IMG/VR virus record: IMGVR_UViG_2531839662_000032
DNA: 31,502 bases
Direction: 5' to 3' (one strand)
Origin: a virus
Taxonomy: Duplodnaviria > Heunggongvirae > Uroviricota > Caudoviricetes
Part shown: one piece after another, positions 1 to 12,125 of the stretch
Layout: the number at the start of each line of letters is the position of its first letter
Numbering within the stretch: position 1 is the first letter of the stretch
The notes under the pieces: model-generated
The model's input: only the letters and a program-made list of their open reading frames with translations
Databases searched by the model: none
What the model was told of the DNA's origin: nothing
Program-made: the position numbers and the translations under genes

Positions 1-39
1 ATGGCGCTCATAAATCTGGTATACTTACCTTTACACATT

Positions 40-402
40 GGGGCTGATTCTGGATTCGACGGGATTTGCGAAACCCAAGGTGCATGCCGAGGGGCGGTTG
101 GCCTCGTAAAAAGCCGCAAAAAATAGTCGCAAACGACGAAAACTACGCTTTAGCAGCTTAATAACCTGCTTAGAGCCCTCTCTCCCTAGCCTCCGCTCTT
201 AGGACGGGGATCAAGAGAGGTCAAACCCAAAAGAGATCGCGTGGAAGCCCTGCCTGGGGTTGAAGCGTTAAAACTTAATCAGGCTAGTTTGTTAGTGGCG
301 TGTCCGTCCGCAGCTGGCAAGCGAATGTAAAGACTGACTAAGCATGTAGTACCGAGGATGTAGGAATTTCGGACGCGGGTTCAACTCCCGCCAGCTCCAC
401 CA
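40..402 (+). ncRNA. ssrA: tmRNA (SsrA), complete, about 363 nt
   Basis: Begins GGGGCTGATTCTGGATTCGAC and ends with tRNA-like T-arm/acceptor GGTTCAACTCCCGCCAGCTCCACCA (CCA at 400-402). Internal tag reading frame at 129-162 (GCAAACGACGAAAACTACGCTTTAGCAGCTTAA) encodes ANDENYALAA-stop. Confidence 0.95.
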
Positions 403-518
403 ATCATGATTGGACGGTGTAAGGACAACACCAACAAAAACAGGAAGTTAGCAGTCTCAGCAGGACACCGACCAGACGGTGAGGAGACAAAAAAGGATAC
501 GCAAAGGAGCCGCGGCTC
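373..518. repeat. Direct repeat copy 1 (ssrA 3' end plus about 115 bp trailer); putative prophage attachment site next to intact ssrA
   Basis: Near-identical to 21412-21556 (a handful of substitutions and a 1-nt indel, CCAGCTCCACCA versus CCAGCCCACCA). Homology stops abruptly at 518/21556. Confidence 0.7.
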
Positions 519-532
519 TCGAGTGACACAAA

Positions 533-560
533 AGCCCGCTTATGCGGGCTTTTTGTTTTT
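533..560 (+). terminator. Rho-independent terminator-like hairpin
   Basis: AGCCCGC-TTAT-GCGGGCT stem-loop followed by TTTTGTTTTT. Confidence 0.55.
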
Positions 561-636
561 CCCTTAAGTTCCTAGCCGCTTATCTATAACTATGGAAAAA
601 TGTTAACCCTGACTGTATGTTAACAAAGGGATGTAT

Positions 637-1845
637 ATGTCGGTTTTTCATAACTGGCTGCTTGATATCGCAAGCGGGAATTACTTTATCTACATCAAAC
701 GCCTTTCTGCAAACGACACAGGCGCAACAGGTGGCCATCAGGTCGGACTTTATATCCCCTCAAATATCGTTGAAAAGCTTTTTCCATCTATCAATCATAC
801 TCGCGAACTGAACCCTTCAGTCTTCCTTACTGCGCATGTATCATCCCATGATTGCCCTGATACCCAAGCACGCGCAATTTATTACAACAACCGTTATTTT
901 GGTAAGACCCGAAACGAAAAAAGAATTACGCGCTGGGGGAGAGGAAGTCCATTACAGAACCCTGAAAATACAGGAGCCCTCACAATTCTTGCTTTCAGGT
1001 TAAACGAACAGAACACTGACTGTTCCGAGGTAGATATATGGGTCTGCGTCAATCCCGATGAAGAGGATATCATCGAGTCTGCTATTGGCGAAATCATACC
1101 TGGAACCCTAATTTCCGGCCCTGCCGGACAAATTTTGGGCGGATTGTCTCTTCAGCAAACTCCAGTAAATCATAAATATGTTATTCCTGAAGACTGGAAG
1201 AAGCGTTTTCCTTCTGGAAACGAAATTATTCAATATGCTGCTGGCCATTATGCTAAAAACTCCAAGGATCCAGATGAGCAACTGATTGACCGTCGGCGTG
1301 TCGAGTATGATATTTTTCTACTCGTCGAGGAATTACATGTTCTTGATATTATTAAGAAAGGATTCGATTCTGTAGATGAGTTTATTGCATTAGCCAACTC
1401 TGTCAGTAATCGACGTAAATCAAGGGCAGGCAAATCACTTGAACTTCACCTAGAGAAGCTTTTTATCGAGCACGGACTACGGCATTTCTCCACTCAGGCA
1501 GTTACTGAAGGTAATAAAAAACCAGATTTCCTGTTTCCTTCAGCAGAGGCATATCATAACGTTGAATTTCCTGTAGAAAACTTACGTATGCTGGCAGTAA
1601 AGACCACCTGCAAAGATCGCTGGCGTCAGATACTGAATGAAGCAGATAAAATCCATCAGGTACATTTATTTACACTGCAAGAAGGTGTTTCTTCAGCACA
1701 ATACCGAGAAATGAAAGATGCGGGTGTCAGACTCGTTGTACCATCAACTTTACATAAAAAATACCCAGAAGCAGTTAGAGAAGAATTAATAACGCTCGGA
1801 GCATTCATTACTGAGCTGATAGAGCTTTACGCTGAACTATCATAG
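637..1845 (+). CDS. ecoRIIR: Type II restriction endonuclease, EcoRII-like (CCWGG family)
   Basis: N-terminus MSVFHNWLL...YIKRLSANDTGATGGHQVGLYIP matches my recollection of the EcoRII effector domain. RBS AAGGG at 626-630 is 6 nt before ATG 637 (the track start at 631 lacks spacing). Convergent with an adjacent Dcm-like methylase. Confidence 0.85.
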   Translation: MSVFHNWLLDIASGNYFIYIKRLSANDTGATGGHQVGLYIPSNIVEKLFPSINHTRELNPSVFLTAHVSSHDCPDTQARAIYYNNRYFGKTRNEKRITRWGRGSPLQNPENTGALTILAFRLNEQNTDCSEVDIWVCVNPDEEDIIESAIGEIIPGTLISGPAGQILGGLSLQQTPVNHKYVIPEDWKKRFPSGNEIIQYAAGHYAKNSKDPDEQLIDRRRVEYDIFLLVEELHVLDIIKKGFDSVDEFIALANSVSNRRKSRAGKSLELHLEKLFIEHGLRHFSTQAVTEGNKKPDFLFPSAEAYHNVEFPVENLRMLAVKTTCKDRWRQILNEADKIHQVHLFTLQEGVSSAQYREMKDAGVRLVVPSTLHKKYPEAVREELITLGAFITELIELYAELS

Positions 1846-1850
1846 GCTGA

Positions 1851-1873
1851 CTCCCGGCTTAAAAGGCCGGGAG
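1851..1873. terminator. Bidirectional hairpin between convergent R and M genes
   Basis: CTCCCGGC-loop-GCCGGGAG inverted repeat sits in the 34-bp gap between the stop at 1845 (+) and the stop at 1880 (-). Confidence 0.5.
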
Positions 1874-1879
1874 ATGTTC

Positions 1880-3313
1880 TCAAGGCTGCCCAGTCTTACC
1901 AGCATCAGCAGAAACAGCTTTGAGGATATAGGGTTCCAGAAGTCTGGCAACAGCTTCAAATACTGGCACCACAACTGAGTTACCGAACTGCCGATATGAC
2001 TGAGTATCTGAAACCGGAATACGGAATGGTTTCCCTCCAGGTTTTTCAAATCCCATAAGGCGTGCGCACTCTCGGGGAGTCAGCCTGCGTGGTCGACGAG
2101 CCTGATTACTCTCATTCATAAAGTCAGCCTCTCCCGTTGCCATATCCCAACCACGATCAATAAGAATTTCTGATCCGTCTTTGTGATATCTGGCAGAAAG
2201 TGTGCGTGCAATGCTTTCCTTATTCTCAGGATTGACCAACCCAAAGCCAAAACCATTCCCCTTGGCTGCATGCTTTTTGGCGTAGTTATAAAGGTACTCC
2301 CATAGTTTTGGCGTAAGTATATATTTACTGTCGACTACAGGCTCCAGCAATTCACCAAATGATGGGCGGTGTTCCGGATAAAAACGACTGATATCACGCA
2401 AGGTAAACCCCTTGTGAATATTCAGATCTCGTCTAAATCCGACCAGAACAATGCGTTCACGATGCTGAGGCAAAAAATGCTTCCCATCGATAATCTTTGG
2501 ATCGTTTTTTCCCATTTCTGCAGCATCGGCAACTTCGTAGCCCAGCTCGTCAAGGGTCTCCATAATGACTTTGAAAGTTTTACCCTTATCATGGCTCTTC
2601 AGATTTTTGACATTTTCCAGCACAAAAATTGCCGGTTTTTTTGCTCGTATAATACGTGCCACGTCAAAAAAAAGTGTTCCTTGTGCTTCACATTCAAAAC
2701 CATGCGCACGACCAAGTGAGTTTTTCTTACTAACACCAGCAAGGCTAAATGGCTGGCACGGGAACCCCGCAAGAAGCACATCATGATCCGGCACATGCTC
2801 ATCAATATATGCATAAGCATCCGTTTCCAATACATCGGTTTTATCACTCAGCGTGACTTCCCGAATATCGAGATTGAATTTATGCACCTGTTCATCGTTA
2901 AACCAGTTGGCCTTGTATGTACGCACAGCATCTTTATTCCATTCACTGGTAAAAACACACTGGCCTCCAATGGCCTCAAAACCTTTCCGTATCCCTCCAA
3001 TTCCAGCAAATAAGTCAATGAAGCGGAAAGCATATTCCGGATGGTTTGCAGGTGGTTCTGGTAGCATCTTACGCAGAAGAGACTCTTCTACTGAAGTCAA
3101 CGATTTTGGTAAACACTTGCCATTAATCCAGCGGTTAATGGTTTCACGGCTCCACTCATTTTTTCCGACTTTTCTCAGTAATTCAGCCACATACTTCTGA
3201 TCATAGATTTCCAGCACTTTCTCGATAAGCTTTTTATCATTTTCCTGTCGCAACTTTTCTTCCGCCTCGGCTTCCTTCAGCAGATGCTGTGCCAACACTT
3301 CAAATTCAGACAT
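1880..3313 (-). CDS. ecoRIIM: DNA cytosine-5 methyltransferase, M.EcoRII/Dcm-like
   Basis: C5-MTase motifs: [15 protein letters not shown] (motif I), [11 protein letters not shown] (catalytic PCQ), FVLENVKNL (ENV), QFGNSV near the C-terminus. Near-colinear with Dcm as I recall it. Start taken at the internal ATG at 3313 (MSEFEVLAQ...) preceded by GGAGG; the track's longer ORF to 3355 is a less likely start. Confidence 0.9.
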   Translation of the reverse strand: MSEFEVLAQHLLKEAEAEEKLRQENDKKLIEKVLEIYDQKYVAELLRKVGKNEWSRETINRWINGKCLPKSLTSVEESLLRKMLPEPPANHPEYAFRFIDLFAGIGGIRKGFEAIGGQCVFTSEWNKDAVRTYKANWFNDEQVHKFNLDIREVTLSDKTDVLETDAYAYIDEHVPDHDVLLAGFPCQPFSLAGVSKKNSLGRAHGFECEAQGTLFFDVARIIRAKKPAIFVLENVKNLKSHDKGKTFKVIMETLDELGYEVADAAEMGKNDPKIIDGKHFLPQHRERIVLVGFRRDLNIHKGFTLRDISRFYPEHRPSFGELLEPVVDSKYILTPKLWEYLYNYAKKHAAKGNGFGFGLVNPENKESIARTLSARYHKDGSEILIDRGWDMATGEADFMNESNQARRPRRLTPRECARLMGFEKPGGKPFRIPVSDTQSYRQFGNSVVVPVFEAVARLLEPYILKAVSADAGKTGQP

Positions 3314-3674
3314 AATTCCTCCAAGGGGTCTAATGGGTGAAACTTTATCACTCATTCAACCCAGAAGGAAATGTTTTATCTGGATATTTAAACAGTGACT
3401 ACAACGTAATCTAGCACTGGTGATGCTTTGTTAGGCATAGAGAATCATTCTATATACGACTAATGACAGAAAAACAGCAGACAAGTAGTTTGTTCATAAA
3501 TTAACGCATACTATGTGTCTACGGTTTTCGAGACCGGTCCAATCATCAAACGAAACATAAAATTAGCTCACATTATGAGGAAAAGTATCTTTTTTGTACT
3601 ATGTAAATTCAAAGGCTTAGCCTCATTTCTCCGATGGTTTTCTCAACACTACTGGTTATGAGCCCTTGCAATGA

Positions 3675-5458
<1,784 letters not shown>

Positions 5459-5477
5459 ATTCACCCCACAAAAAAGC

Positions 5478-5510
5478 CCGCCTGAACCGGCGGGCTGTCA
5501 TAACACTGTG
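5478..5510 (-). terminator. Rho-independent terminator downstream of lom
   Basis: Minus-strand GCCCGCCGGTTCAGGCGGGC hairpin followed by TTTTTTGTGG. Confidence 0.5.
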
Positions 5511-5522
5511 TTACCTGGCTAA

Positions 5523-6122
5523 TCAGAACTTATAACCGACACCCACGATGAAACCGTCAGTGCGCCAGTCGCCACTGCCGGAGCCTTCATAAGCAATATC
5601 AATGGCCACGGATTCGGTCGGGTTAAACTGCACGCCAGCTCCCCACGCCAGAGACGTGTTGCTGTGGCGACCGTCATCACTTCCGGTCAGCACGTCGTGC
5701 GTTTTCCCCTTGTTGTCAGTTACGCGGAGATAATCCCCGGAGAAAGTCGACACACGGCTGTAAGCCATACCCGCCATCGCATACGCGCTGAACAATTCAT
5801 TCACGCGCACAGACGGCCCCACCATCACGCTGAACCAGCGGTTACGCACGGAATCTTCATGCCAGCGGGTATCGCTGTAACGGGTAAGCTGGCGATTCTT
5901 GTCTCCTGCATAGCTGAATGACGTCACCATCCCCAGTGTGTCCGTAAACTCATAACGGTATTTCACGTTAATCCCGTTCAGATCATCGCTGCCGGGAACG
6001 TTCGTCGAGGCATGAAGATACCCCGCGCTCAGCGTGGACTGATGTTCAGATGCCCATGCAGGCGCACCGGATACGGCCAGACAAATGGCTGCGGAAAAAA
6101 TGGCGGCATAAAGTTTACGCAT
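5523..6122 (-). CDS. lom: Lom/Ail-family outer membrane protein
   Basis: Signal peptide [24 protein letters not shown] and C-terminal [10 protein letters not shown]...[25 protein letters not shown], as in lambda Lom. RBS AGAGG 6 nt upstream of ATG. Confidence 0.85.
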
Positions 6123-6191
6123 AATTACCTCTCGCTTTTCTGCAATAAAAAAGGCACCATTTCTGGTGCCCTTATATGGGTTATAACAATT

Positions 6192-9100
6192 TCAACGAAT
6201 ACTGATGCCGGAAGCGGCTTTTTTGGTCACAATCACCGTACAGTCGGTGATATTACCTGCCCGCTGATTGCCTTTATGGAAAACCTTAAACTCCAGAGTG
6301 ACGCTTCCCCTGCCACTCGGCATATCAATAACCGCACTGTAGCTACCGGGAATGGCCCCTTTAGTTTCTCTGGATGCGATTAATACACCGTTTTTGCGAA
6401 CTTCAAAACCATAACCCGTGTATCTTGTACCTCCCGGGTTATTACCACTTCCCGGATCGCTATACGCTATTCCGTTAAAGATAATGGGCGGAATAATAAT
6501 CTGACGGTCAAAGTTATGATCATCGCTGATGGTGACTGTAACCGTCCCGTTTGGTGTTTCCGTATTACCCCACGTACCAGCCTGTTTCGGGAATGATTTG
6601 GATACAGCTTTAACGAAGTCACCTCTGACCTGAGTCGCCTCCAGCATGCCCTTAATCGTACAGTTTTCATTTACCGTGACATTGTTGAGCGTCCCGGCGT
6701 TCGCATTCACACTGCCACTGATATCCGCATTTTTAGCGGTCAGCTTTCCGTCCGGTGTCAGGGAAAATGCCGGTGGATTTCCACCGCTGGTAATGGTGGG
6801 GGCCGTCAGGCGTTTCAGGAACACGTCGTTCATGAATATCTGATCGCCCTGACCAACAAACATCGGTTTTGTGTTGCCATTCGCAGGATTAACCATCGCA
6901 ATCCTGTCCGCCGCCAGCAGCACCTGACTCTGCATGCCATCAGGGGTGTTCTCAATACCGGCACCAATACCCGCGATATAAAGGCGTCCGTCCTGCATCT
7001 GCTGCAGCTTCACAGCCCACATGCTGTTCAGGTTATTATTTGTATCAACCTGAACCTTCTGTATCTGCTGAATTGCCGCACTCTGGTCTTCCAGTTTCTT
7101 ATTGACGGTCTGCGTGATTTCATTGCTGACATCCTTAATGGACGTCCTGATTTCAGCCAGGTCAGGCGCAAGCTGACCGTTATCAATCTGCGTCCACAGC
7201 TCCTGAGCCAGATGGGTTTTCCCTATCTCGCCTTTGAAAAAATCCAGATAGCCGGATGCATCATCACTCGGCTGACCAACAGCCTCCACGAATGCCGATT
7301 TGCCAACGGTGTTCACACTGCGAACGTAAAAATAATAATCATAGCCCGGCCTGATATTGATACTGGCGGCTATCCAGTACAGCGCCGTGCCAAGATAGCG
7401 CGCTGTGGTTTCAACCTGCCTGATATCGGTAATCCGCTTTTCCGAGAACCAGAACTCAAACTGTACCGTCGGGTCATAAACGGCAAGATGCGGCGTGGCG
7501 GTTATCTGAAAATAGCCCGGCGTCAGCTCAATCCTCGACGGTGCTGCCGGTGCGGCAATCCGGAACGATACCGACGCCGGATCTCCCTGCTGCCCCCACG
7601 CATTTACCGCCCGGACTGTCAGCCTGTAGTTCCCCAGCGCCAGTTGCGTGAAGCGGTATGTGGTTTCCGTCGTCCGGGCCGTGCTGACCAGCCGCTCACT
7701 GCCGTCGTCCGCTGTTACGGTCAGACGGAGCAGGAAGCTCACGCCCTTCACCACCTTCGGTGTGTCCCAGCGCGCCAGCACCTGATATTCCCCGCTGTCT
7801 GCAGTGACTTCTGCGGTCAGGTGCTGCACCGCTGGCGGCGTGACACCGTTCACCGTGCCACTCTGTTCGCCGTCAAAGTGCGCCCCGTTATCCACGATGG
7901 CCTCTTTTTCCGGCACATGCTGCACGGCGGTGATGGCATACGTACCGTCATCGTTCTCACGGATACTCACGCAGCGGAACAGGCGCTGGCGCAGCGTCGG
8001 CAGCTTCAGCCCCCACACGCTGTATTCGGCAACGCCGTCAGGAACACGGCTCACTTTCACCTTCACGCCGTCGGTGACGGACTGGACCTCCACGCTGACC
8101 GGATTGCCATTTCCGTCAACCAGGCTTATCAGCGTGGTTCCGGAGGATGGCAGCATGATTTCACGGTCGAGCGTCAGTGTCCGGGTCTGGCTGTTTACCG
8201 CAAGCACGCGCCCGCCGACGCTGATACCCGCATAGTCATCATCGCAGATTTCAATGACATCGCCCGGTACATGGCGAAGCCCTTCTGCGCCCACGCTGAA
8301 GTCCACAGTCTGCGTTTCCAGCAGCTCCGTTTTAATCAGCCACAGCCCGGCGCGGTGTGCCTGCCCCCGGCTGGTACAGCCAAAGGCATCCATCTTCGTG
8401 ACGTTACGACCGTAACGGAGAATGGCCTGCGTGTCCTCCACAAGCTCTGTCGCCGTCTCCCAGCCGTTATTCGGGTCAATCCAGTTCACCTCAACGGCAT
8501 TATGGCGGTCCTTCAGGGCGCTGAAACTGTAGCGGAACGGCGCGCCATCATCCGGCATCACCACATTACTGCGGTTATAGGTCCACACCTTATCCGACGG
8601 TCGGTCCTGCACGAACGTCAGCGTCTGCCCGTTCCATACCGGCATACAGCGCATCGCCGAGCAGAAATCACTGAGAACATCCCACGCCTTACGCTGTGTG
8701 GTCAGGTAAGCGTTACAGGTGATGCGCGACTCCGTGCCGCCAAAACCGTCCGGCACCGACTGGTCGCAATACTGGCCGATGACATACAGCGCCCATTTGT
8801 CCACATCCGCCGCACCAAGACGTTTCCCCATGCCGTAGCGCGGGTGGGTCAGCATATCCCACAGACACCAGGCCATGTTGTTGCTGTATGCCGGTTTTAA
8901 CGTTCCGTCCCAGATACCGCTGTATTGCCGCGTCTGTGGGTTATAGTTCGACGGCACCTGCAGAATGCGCCCGCGAAGATGATAATTACGGCTCACCTGC
9001 TGGCTGCCGAACTGTTCCGAGTCCACCTGCACGCCGACCAGTGCCGTGTTCGGGTAGCACTGTTTCACATCGATGATTTCGGTGTATGACGACCAGAGCG

Positions 9101-9521
9101 TTTTGTTCTGCAGCTGGTCTGTGGTGCTGTCCGGCGTCATCCTGCGCATCCGGATATTAAACGGGCGCGGCGGCAGGTTACCCACCACCACCGAGGCCAG
9201 ATACTGCGAGGTGGTTTTGCCCTTAATGGTGATGTCTTTTTCCGTCACCCAGCCACCGTTACGTTGTATCTGAACCAGCAGGCGGACTTCCGACGGATTC
9301 CTGTCACCCTTTGAGGTGGTTTCCACCAGTGCCTGCACGCCGAAAGTAAAACGCAGTCGGTCGATGTTTGCCGACGTGATGGTGCGGGTGATCGGCGTGT
9401 CGTATTTCACTTCCGTACCCAGCACCGTCTCGGAGCCGGAGGATTCAAATCCCTCCGGCGGAGTCTGCTCCTGCTCACCAGCCCGGAACACCACCGTGAC
9501 ACCGGCGATGTTGGTATTCCC
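6192..9521 (-). pseudogene. J: Tail tip host-specificity protein J, N-terminally truncated (about 50-60 codons missing)
   Basis: Lambda J-like ...[58 protein letters not shown]... through the C-terminus. The J frame has an in-frame stop just upstream of the homology start, with no J N-terminus or start context. Confidence 0.85.
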
Positions 9522-9940
9522 CTCATCACGTCTTTTGAGGCAATGGTTTTACCCAGTGAGCTCAGCCAGCCACGGAAAACATCAACAGTGCCGTTGGGAT
9601 ATTTGATACGAAACGCGCAGACTTCACCGGAGTCGAACAACTGAACCAGTTTTTTCTGCCCGCTGTCACCCGGACGCCAGGCCAGCGTCGCCGAAGTATC
9701 ACCGACGGATTTCTGCCCCTGGGTTGTCGTTTTCCAGTCTGCATCTTCATCATCGAGATAAGAGTCATCTTCTGCATCAGCGGTCATTTCGCCAGGTTGC
9801 AGATCCTTCACCATCGCAAGACGCAGCCAGTCAGTGTCCGATAAAGGGTTCGCAAACGCATCGCCCTTGCCGGTGTACATCCAGAACGTCGTTCCCGCAC
9901 CTTTCGTTTTTGCCAGTGGATTTGGTGTGGTCATTGCCAC
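9522..9940 (-). pseudogene. V: Major tail protein V, N-terminal fragment (about 135 codons), fused out of frame to J
   Basis: [27 protein letters not shown]...YLDDEDADW...[22 protein letters not shown] is lambda V-like. After about residue 135 the frame runs into J-coding DNA and ends at 9407 as nonsense. Confidence 0.8.
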
Positions 9941-9945
9941 CTCCT

Positions 9946-10347
9946 TTAATTCGTGTACGTGATCTGGTACGTGATTTCCGCCATCGCCCAGGTGGCCATC
10001 TCATTATCACGTTGATAGTTAAAACCGAGAGGGATCAGGGTGTCGATGAGTCCGGAAAGTGCCGGTATATCATTCAGGGCCGGGAAAATGGTGCTCTCCA
10101 TCCACATATCCAGCTCTGAATCCGGTGCCTGTGCCCGGATGAAGACAGCAATATGCAGAACAGCCTGCCAGTCATCTTCATCCGTCATTTTTCCGGTGTA
10201 CTGAGCATCACTCAGCCACACCGCCACGGCAGGCAGTTCCTGCGCATCAATAAATGCCGGAAGCCCGTCAAAAAACGTGGCGCTGTCTCCACACTGTTCC
10301 CGAAGGCGTGCCAGTACGGCCTGGCGGATTTGTGTATGTCGGTTCAT
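9946..10347 (-). CDS. U: Tail terminator protein U
   Basis: ...[44 protein letters not shown]...[11 protein letters not shown]...IPALSGLI... is lambda gpU-like. ATG at 10347 overlaps the Z stop (ATGA). Confidence 0.85.
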   Translation of the reverse strand: MNRHTQIRQAVLARLREQCGDSATFFDGLPAFIDAQELPAVAVWLSDAQYTGKMTDEDDWQAVLHIAVFIRAQAPDSELDMWMESTIFPALNDIPALSGLIDTLIPLGFNYQRDNEMATWAMAEITYQITYTN

Positions 10348-10724
10348 CGGGTCAGCCATAACCTCAGTTGTTGTTTCAGTGCATACCCCAGCTGTTTCGG
10401 CATTTCCGCAGCAATGATGCGGTCGCGGGCATCTTCAAATGCCTGTGTCAGCGGTCCGGAAAGCGGGATTTTCACCACATCAATGGGGTAACGATTTTTG
10501 CCATCAATACGCCGCATCACATGCCAGCGACCATTCGCCAGTTGCTGAATAAACGCATCCCGGAAAAGATATTTACCCACCTTCAGCACACTGCCACGGT
10601 ACTGCAGTTTTCCACCACGCCGGGCCAGTCTGACCCGGGCTGTCCCCAGCTTAATGGCGGGCAGATTGCCCCGGTTAACGCGGATCCTGGCCGTCATTTT
10701 TCCTGACGGACTGGCTTTAAACAC
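10344..10724 (-). pseudogene. Z: Tail completion protein Z, C-terminal portion only
   Basis: ARIRVNRGNLPAIKLGTARV...FIQQLANGRWHVMRRIDGKNRYPIDVVKIPLSGPL...LGYALKQQLRLWL matches roughly the last 115 residues of lambda gpZ. The first 11 codons are unrelated and an in-frame stop lies just upstream. Confidence 0.65.
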
Positions 10725-10746
10725 CCGGACACGCTGACGTACCAGT

Positions 10747-11508
10747 TTACGCCGTACATTTCACCAGACCGCGGTGATCAACTGGCGCGACACCGGCGTC
10801 AATACGCACTTTCGTTGTCACGCCATCCACACTGAAGCCCTCCATCTGATCAATATATGGCGTATCCACACCGTTGAGATAAGCCACTTCAATCGTATCG
10901 GAGCCTTTGGACGCAGCCAGGTAGAAGGTGGTCTGGCTGTTATCATCAAGACGAGGCTCTGCAATAACGGTCGCAAAATCTTTCACCGGGTTAATAATAC
11001 CGGCGTTAATGTCAGCCCCCTTGACACTTGAGGAGCGAATGACCTGGTTAGCAACAGACTCCATCGCCGTCGGTACCAGTACGAACGCAGGACGAATATT
11101 CAGATGACGCTCCCCCTCTTTCTGAACGCGCATCAACTGGCGGGCTTTATCCAGCGATGCCACGTCCATTGCAGCGCTCTCCAGTACGTTTGCATGTTTC
11201 GCTTTATCGAACAGACTTACATTATCTGTGGAGATTTTCGGGTTAGACGTCAGAATGGCATAAACCAGATCGGCAATAGTGGATTTCGCCGCACGGCCCA
11301 GTTTCATCGGGACATCGGTCAGCATATTCAGATCATCATTGATAATGGCCTGACGGGTGATACTGAACAGCTCGCCATAGGTCGCCAGTGCAATAGTGGC
11401 CTGTTTATCTCCGGTGGTGACGTATTTATATTCCGCCCCTTCACGCACCTGACGCAGAGCACTGAAGCCCCCCATACCCACACGATGGGCAATTTTAAAA
11501 TCAGACAC
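10747..11508 (-). CDS. Phage structural (head-like) protein, probably a gene fragment; function not recognised with confidence
   Basis: 253-codon ORF ahead of Z in head-gene position. Only a GTG start with no RBS, and an in-frame TAA two codons upstream. A capsid-like assignment is guesswork from position and composition. Confidence 0.35.
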   Translation of the reverse strand: MSDFKIAHRVGMGGFSALRQVREGAEYKYVTTGDKQATIALATYGELFSITRQAIINDDLNMLTDVPMKLGRAAKSTIADLVYAILTSNPKISTDNVSLFDKAKHANVLESAAMDVASLDKARQLMRVQKEGERHLNIRPAFVLVPTAMESVANQVIRSSSVKGADINAGIINPVKDFATVIAEPRLDDNSQTTFYLAASKGSDTIEVAYLNGVDTPYIDQMEGFSVDGVTTKVRIDAGVAPVDHRGLVKCTA

Positions 11509-11574
11509 CCGTTGTTAACTTATCCATGGATTTCATAACCCCACCTCGCAGATGCGGGTGCTGTGTAATGGAAA

Positions 11575-11600
11575 TAAAAAGGCCACCTGACGTGGCCACC
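11575..11600 (-). terminator. Rho-independent terminator ending the early/replication operon
   Basis: Minus-strand GGCCACGTCAGGTGGCC hairpin followed by TTTTTATTT, immediately after the stop at 11604. Confidence 0.55.
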
Positions 11601-11603
11601 AGA

Positions 11604-12125
11604 TTATTTCCCCACCAGCTCGTTTATCTCTTTCACTGTCTGGTTAAACCGCTCTGACTCAAGCTCAACACCTAAGGCCCGACGCCCCAGCGCCATTGCT
11701 GCTTTTATTGTGGAACCGGATCCCATAAAAAAATCAGCAACCAGATCACCAGGTCGACTACTGGCATTGATTATTTGCCTGAGCATATCCGCCGGTTTCT
11801 CACACGGATGTTTACCCGGGTAGAACTGAACGGGTTTATGCATCCAGACATCGGTATAAGGCACGGAGACTGATACGGAGAAATAGCGCCGGAGAGATTT
11901 AAACTCATCCAGCAATTCAGAATATTTGCGATTCAGTGAATCATAAGATGCCACCAGCTGGTGGTGTGGTTGTTCCAGTTGTTGTTCCTGAAACTTCTCT
12001 GCCGCTATACGGGAAAACAGTGCCTGTAACTTCCGATAGTCAGCCTCATTCGGCAAGCCACGCTCTTTCTGATAAGAAATCAGCATATCCAGCACCTGCT
12101 GCTGGCATTGAGTTAACGTCGTCAT
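11604..12125 (-). CDS. DNA methyltransferase C-terminal (AdoMet-binding) domain protein; catalytic N-terminal region absent
   Basis: HPCEKPADMLRQIINASSRPGDLVADFFMGSGSTIKAAMALGRRALGVELESERF is the classic HPxxKP...GDxVxDPFxGSGTT...GR...G.E tail of N6/N4 beta-class MTases. No DPPY/NPPY motif in this ORF. Start ATG overlaps the Dam stop (ATGA). Confidence 0.6.
   Translation of the reverse strand: MTTLTQCQQQVLDMLISYQKERGLPNEADYRKLQALFSRIAAEKFQEQQLEQPHHQLVASYDSLNRKYSELLDEFKSLRRYFSVSVSVPYTDVWMHKPVQFYPGKHPCEKPADMLRQIINASSRPGDLVADFFMGSGSTIKAAMALGRRALGVELESERFNQTVKEINELVGK

Noticed and set aside
2369-3200. Plus-strand ORFs of 73-116 codons antisense to the C5-methyltransferase gene
   Set aside because: Fully contained in the methylase gene, which carries the complete ordered C5-MTase motif set on the minus strand.
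7212-8900. 562-codon plus-strand ORF antisense to J
   Set aside because: It lies wholly inside the well-supported J coding region on the other strand and its Arg/Pro/His-rich translation has no motif; typical antisense open frame of a GC-rich gene.
10774-11538. Plus-strand ORFs of 85 and 144 codons opposite the head-like fragment
   Set aside because: No start context and His/Arg/Cys-rich nonsense translation; the minus-strand frame is longer, though itself only tentatively coding.
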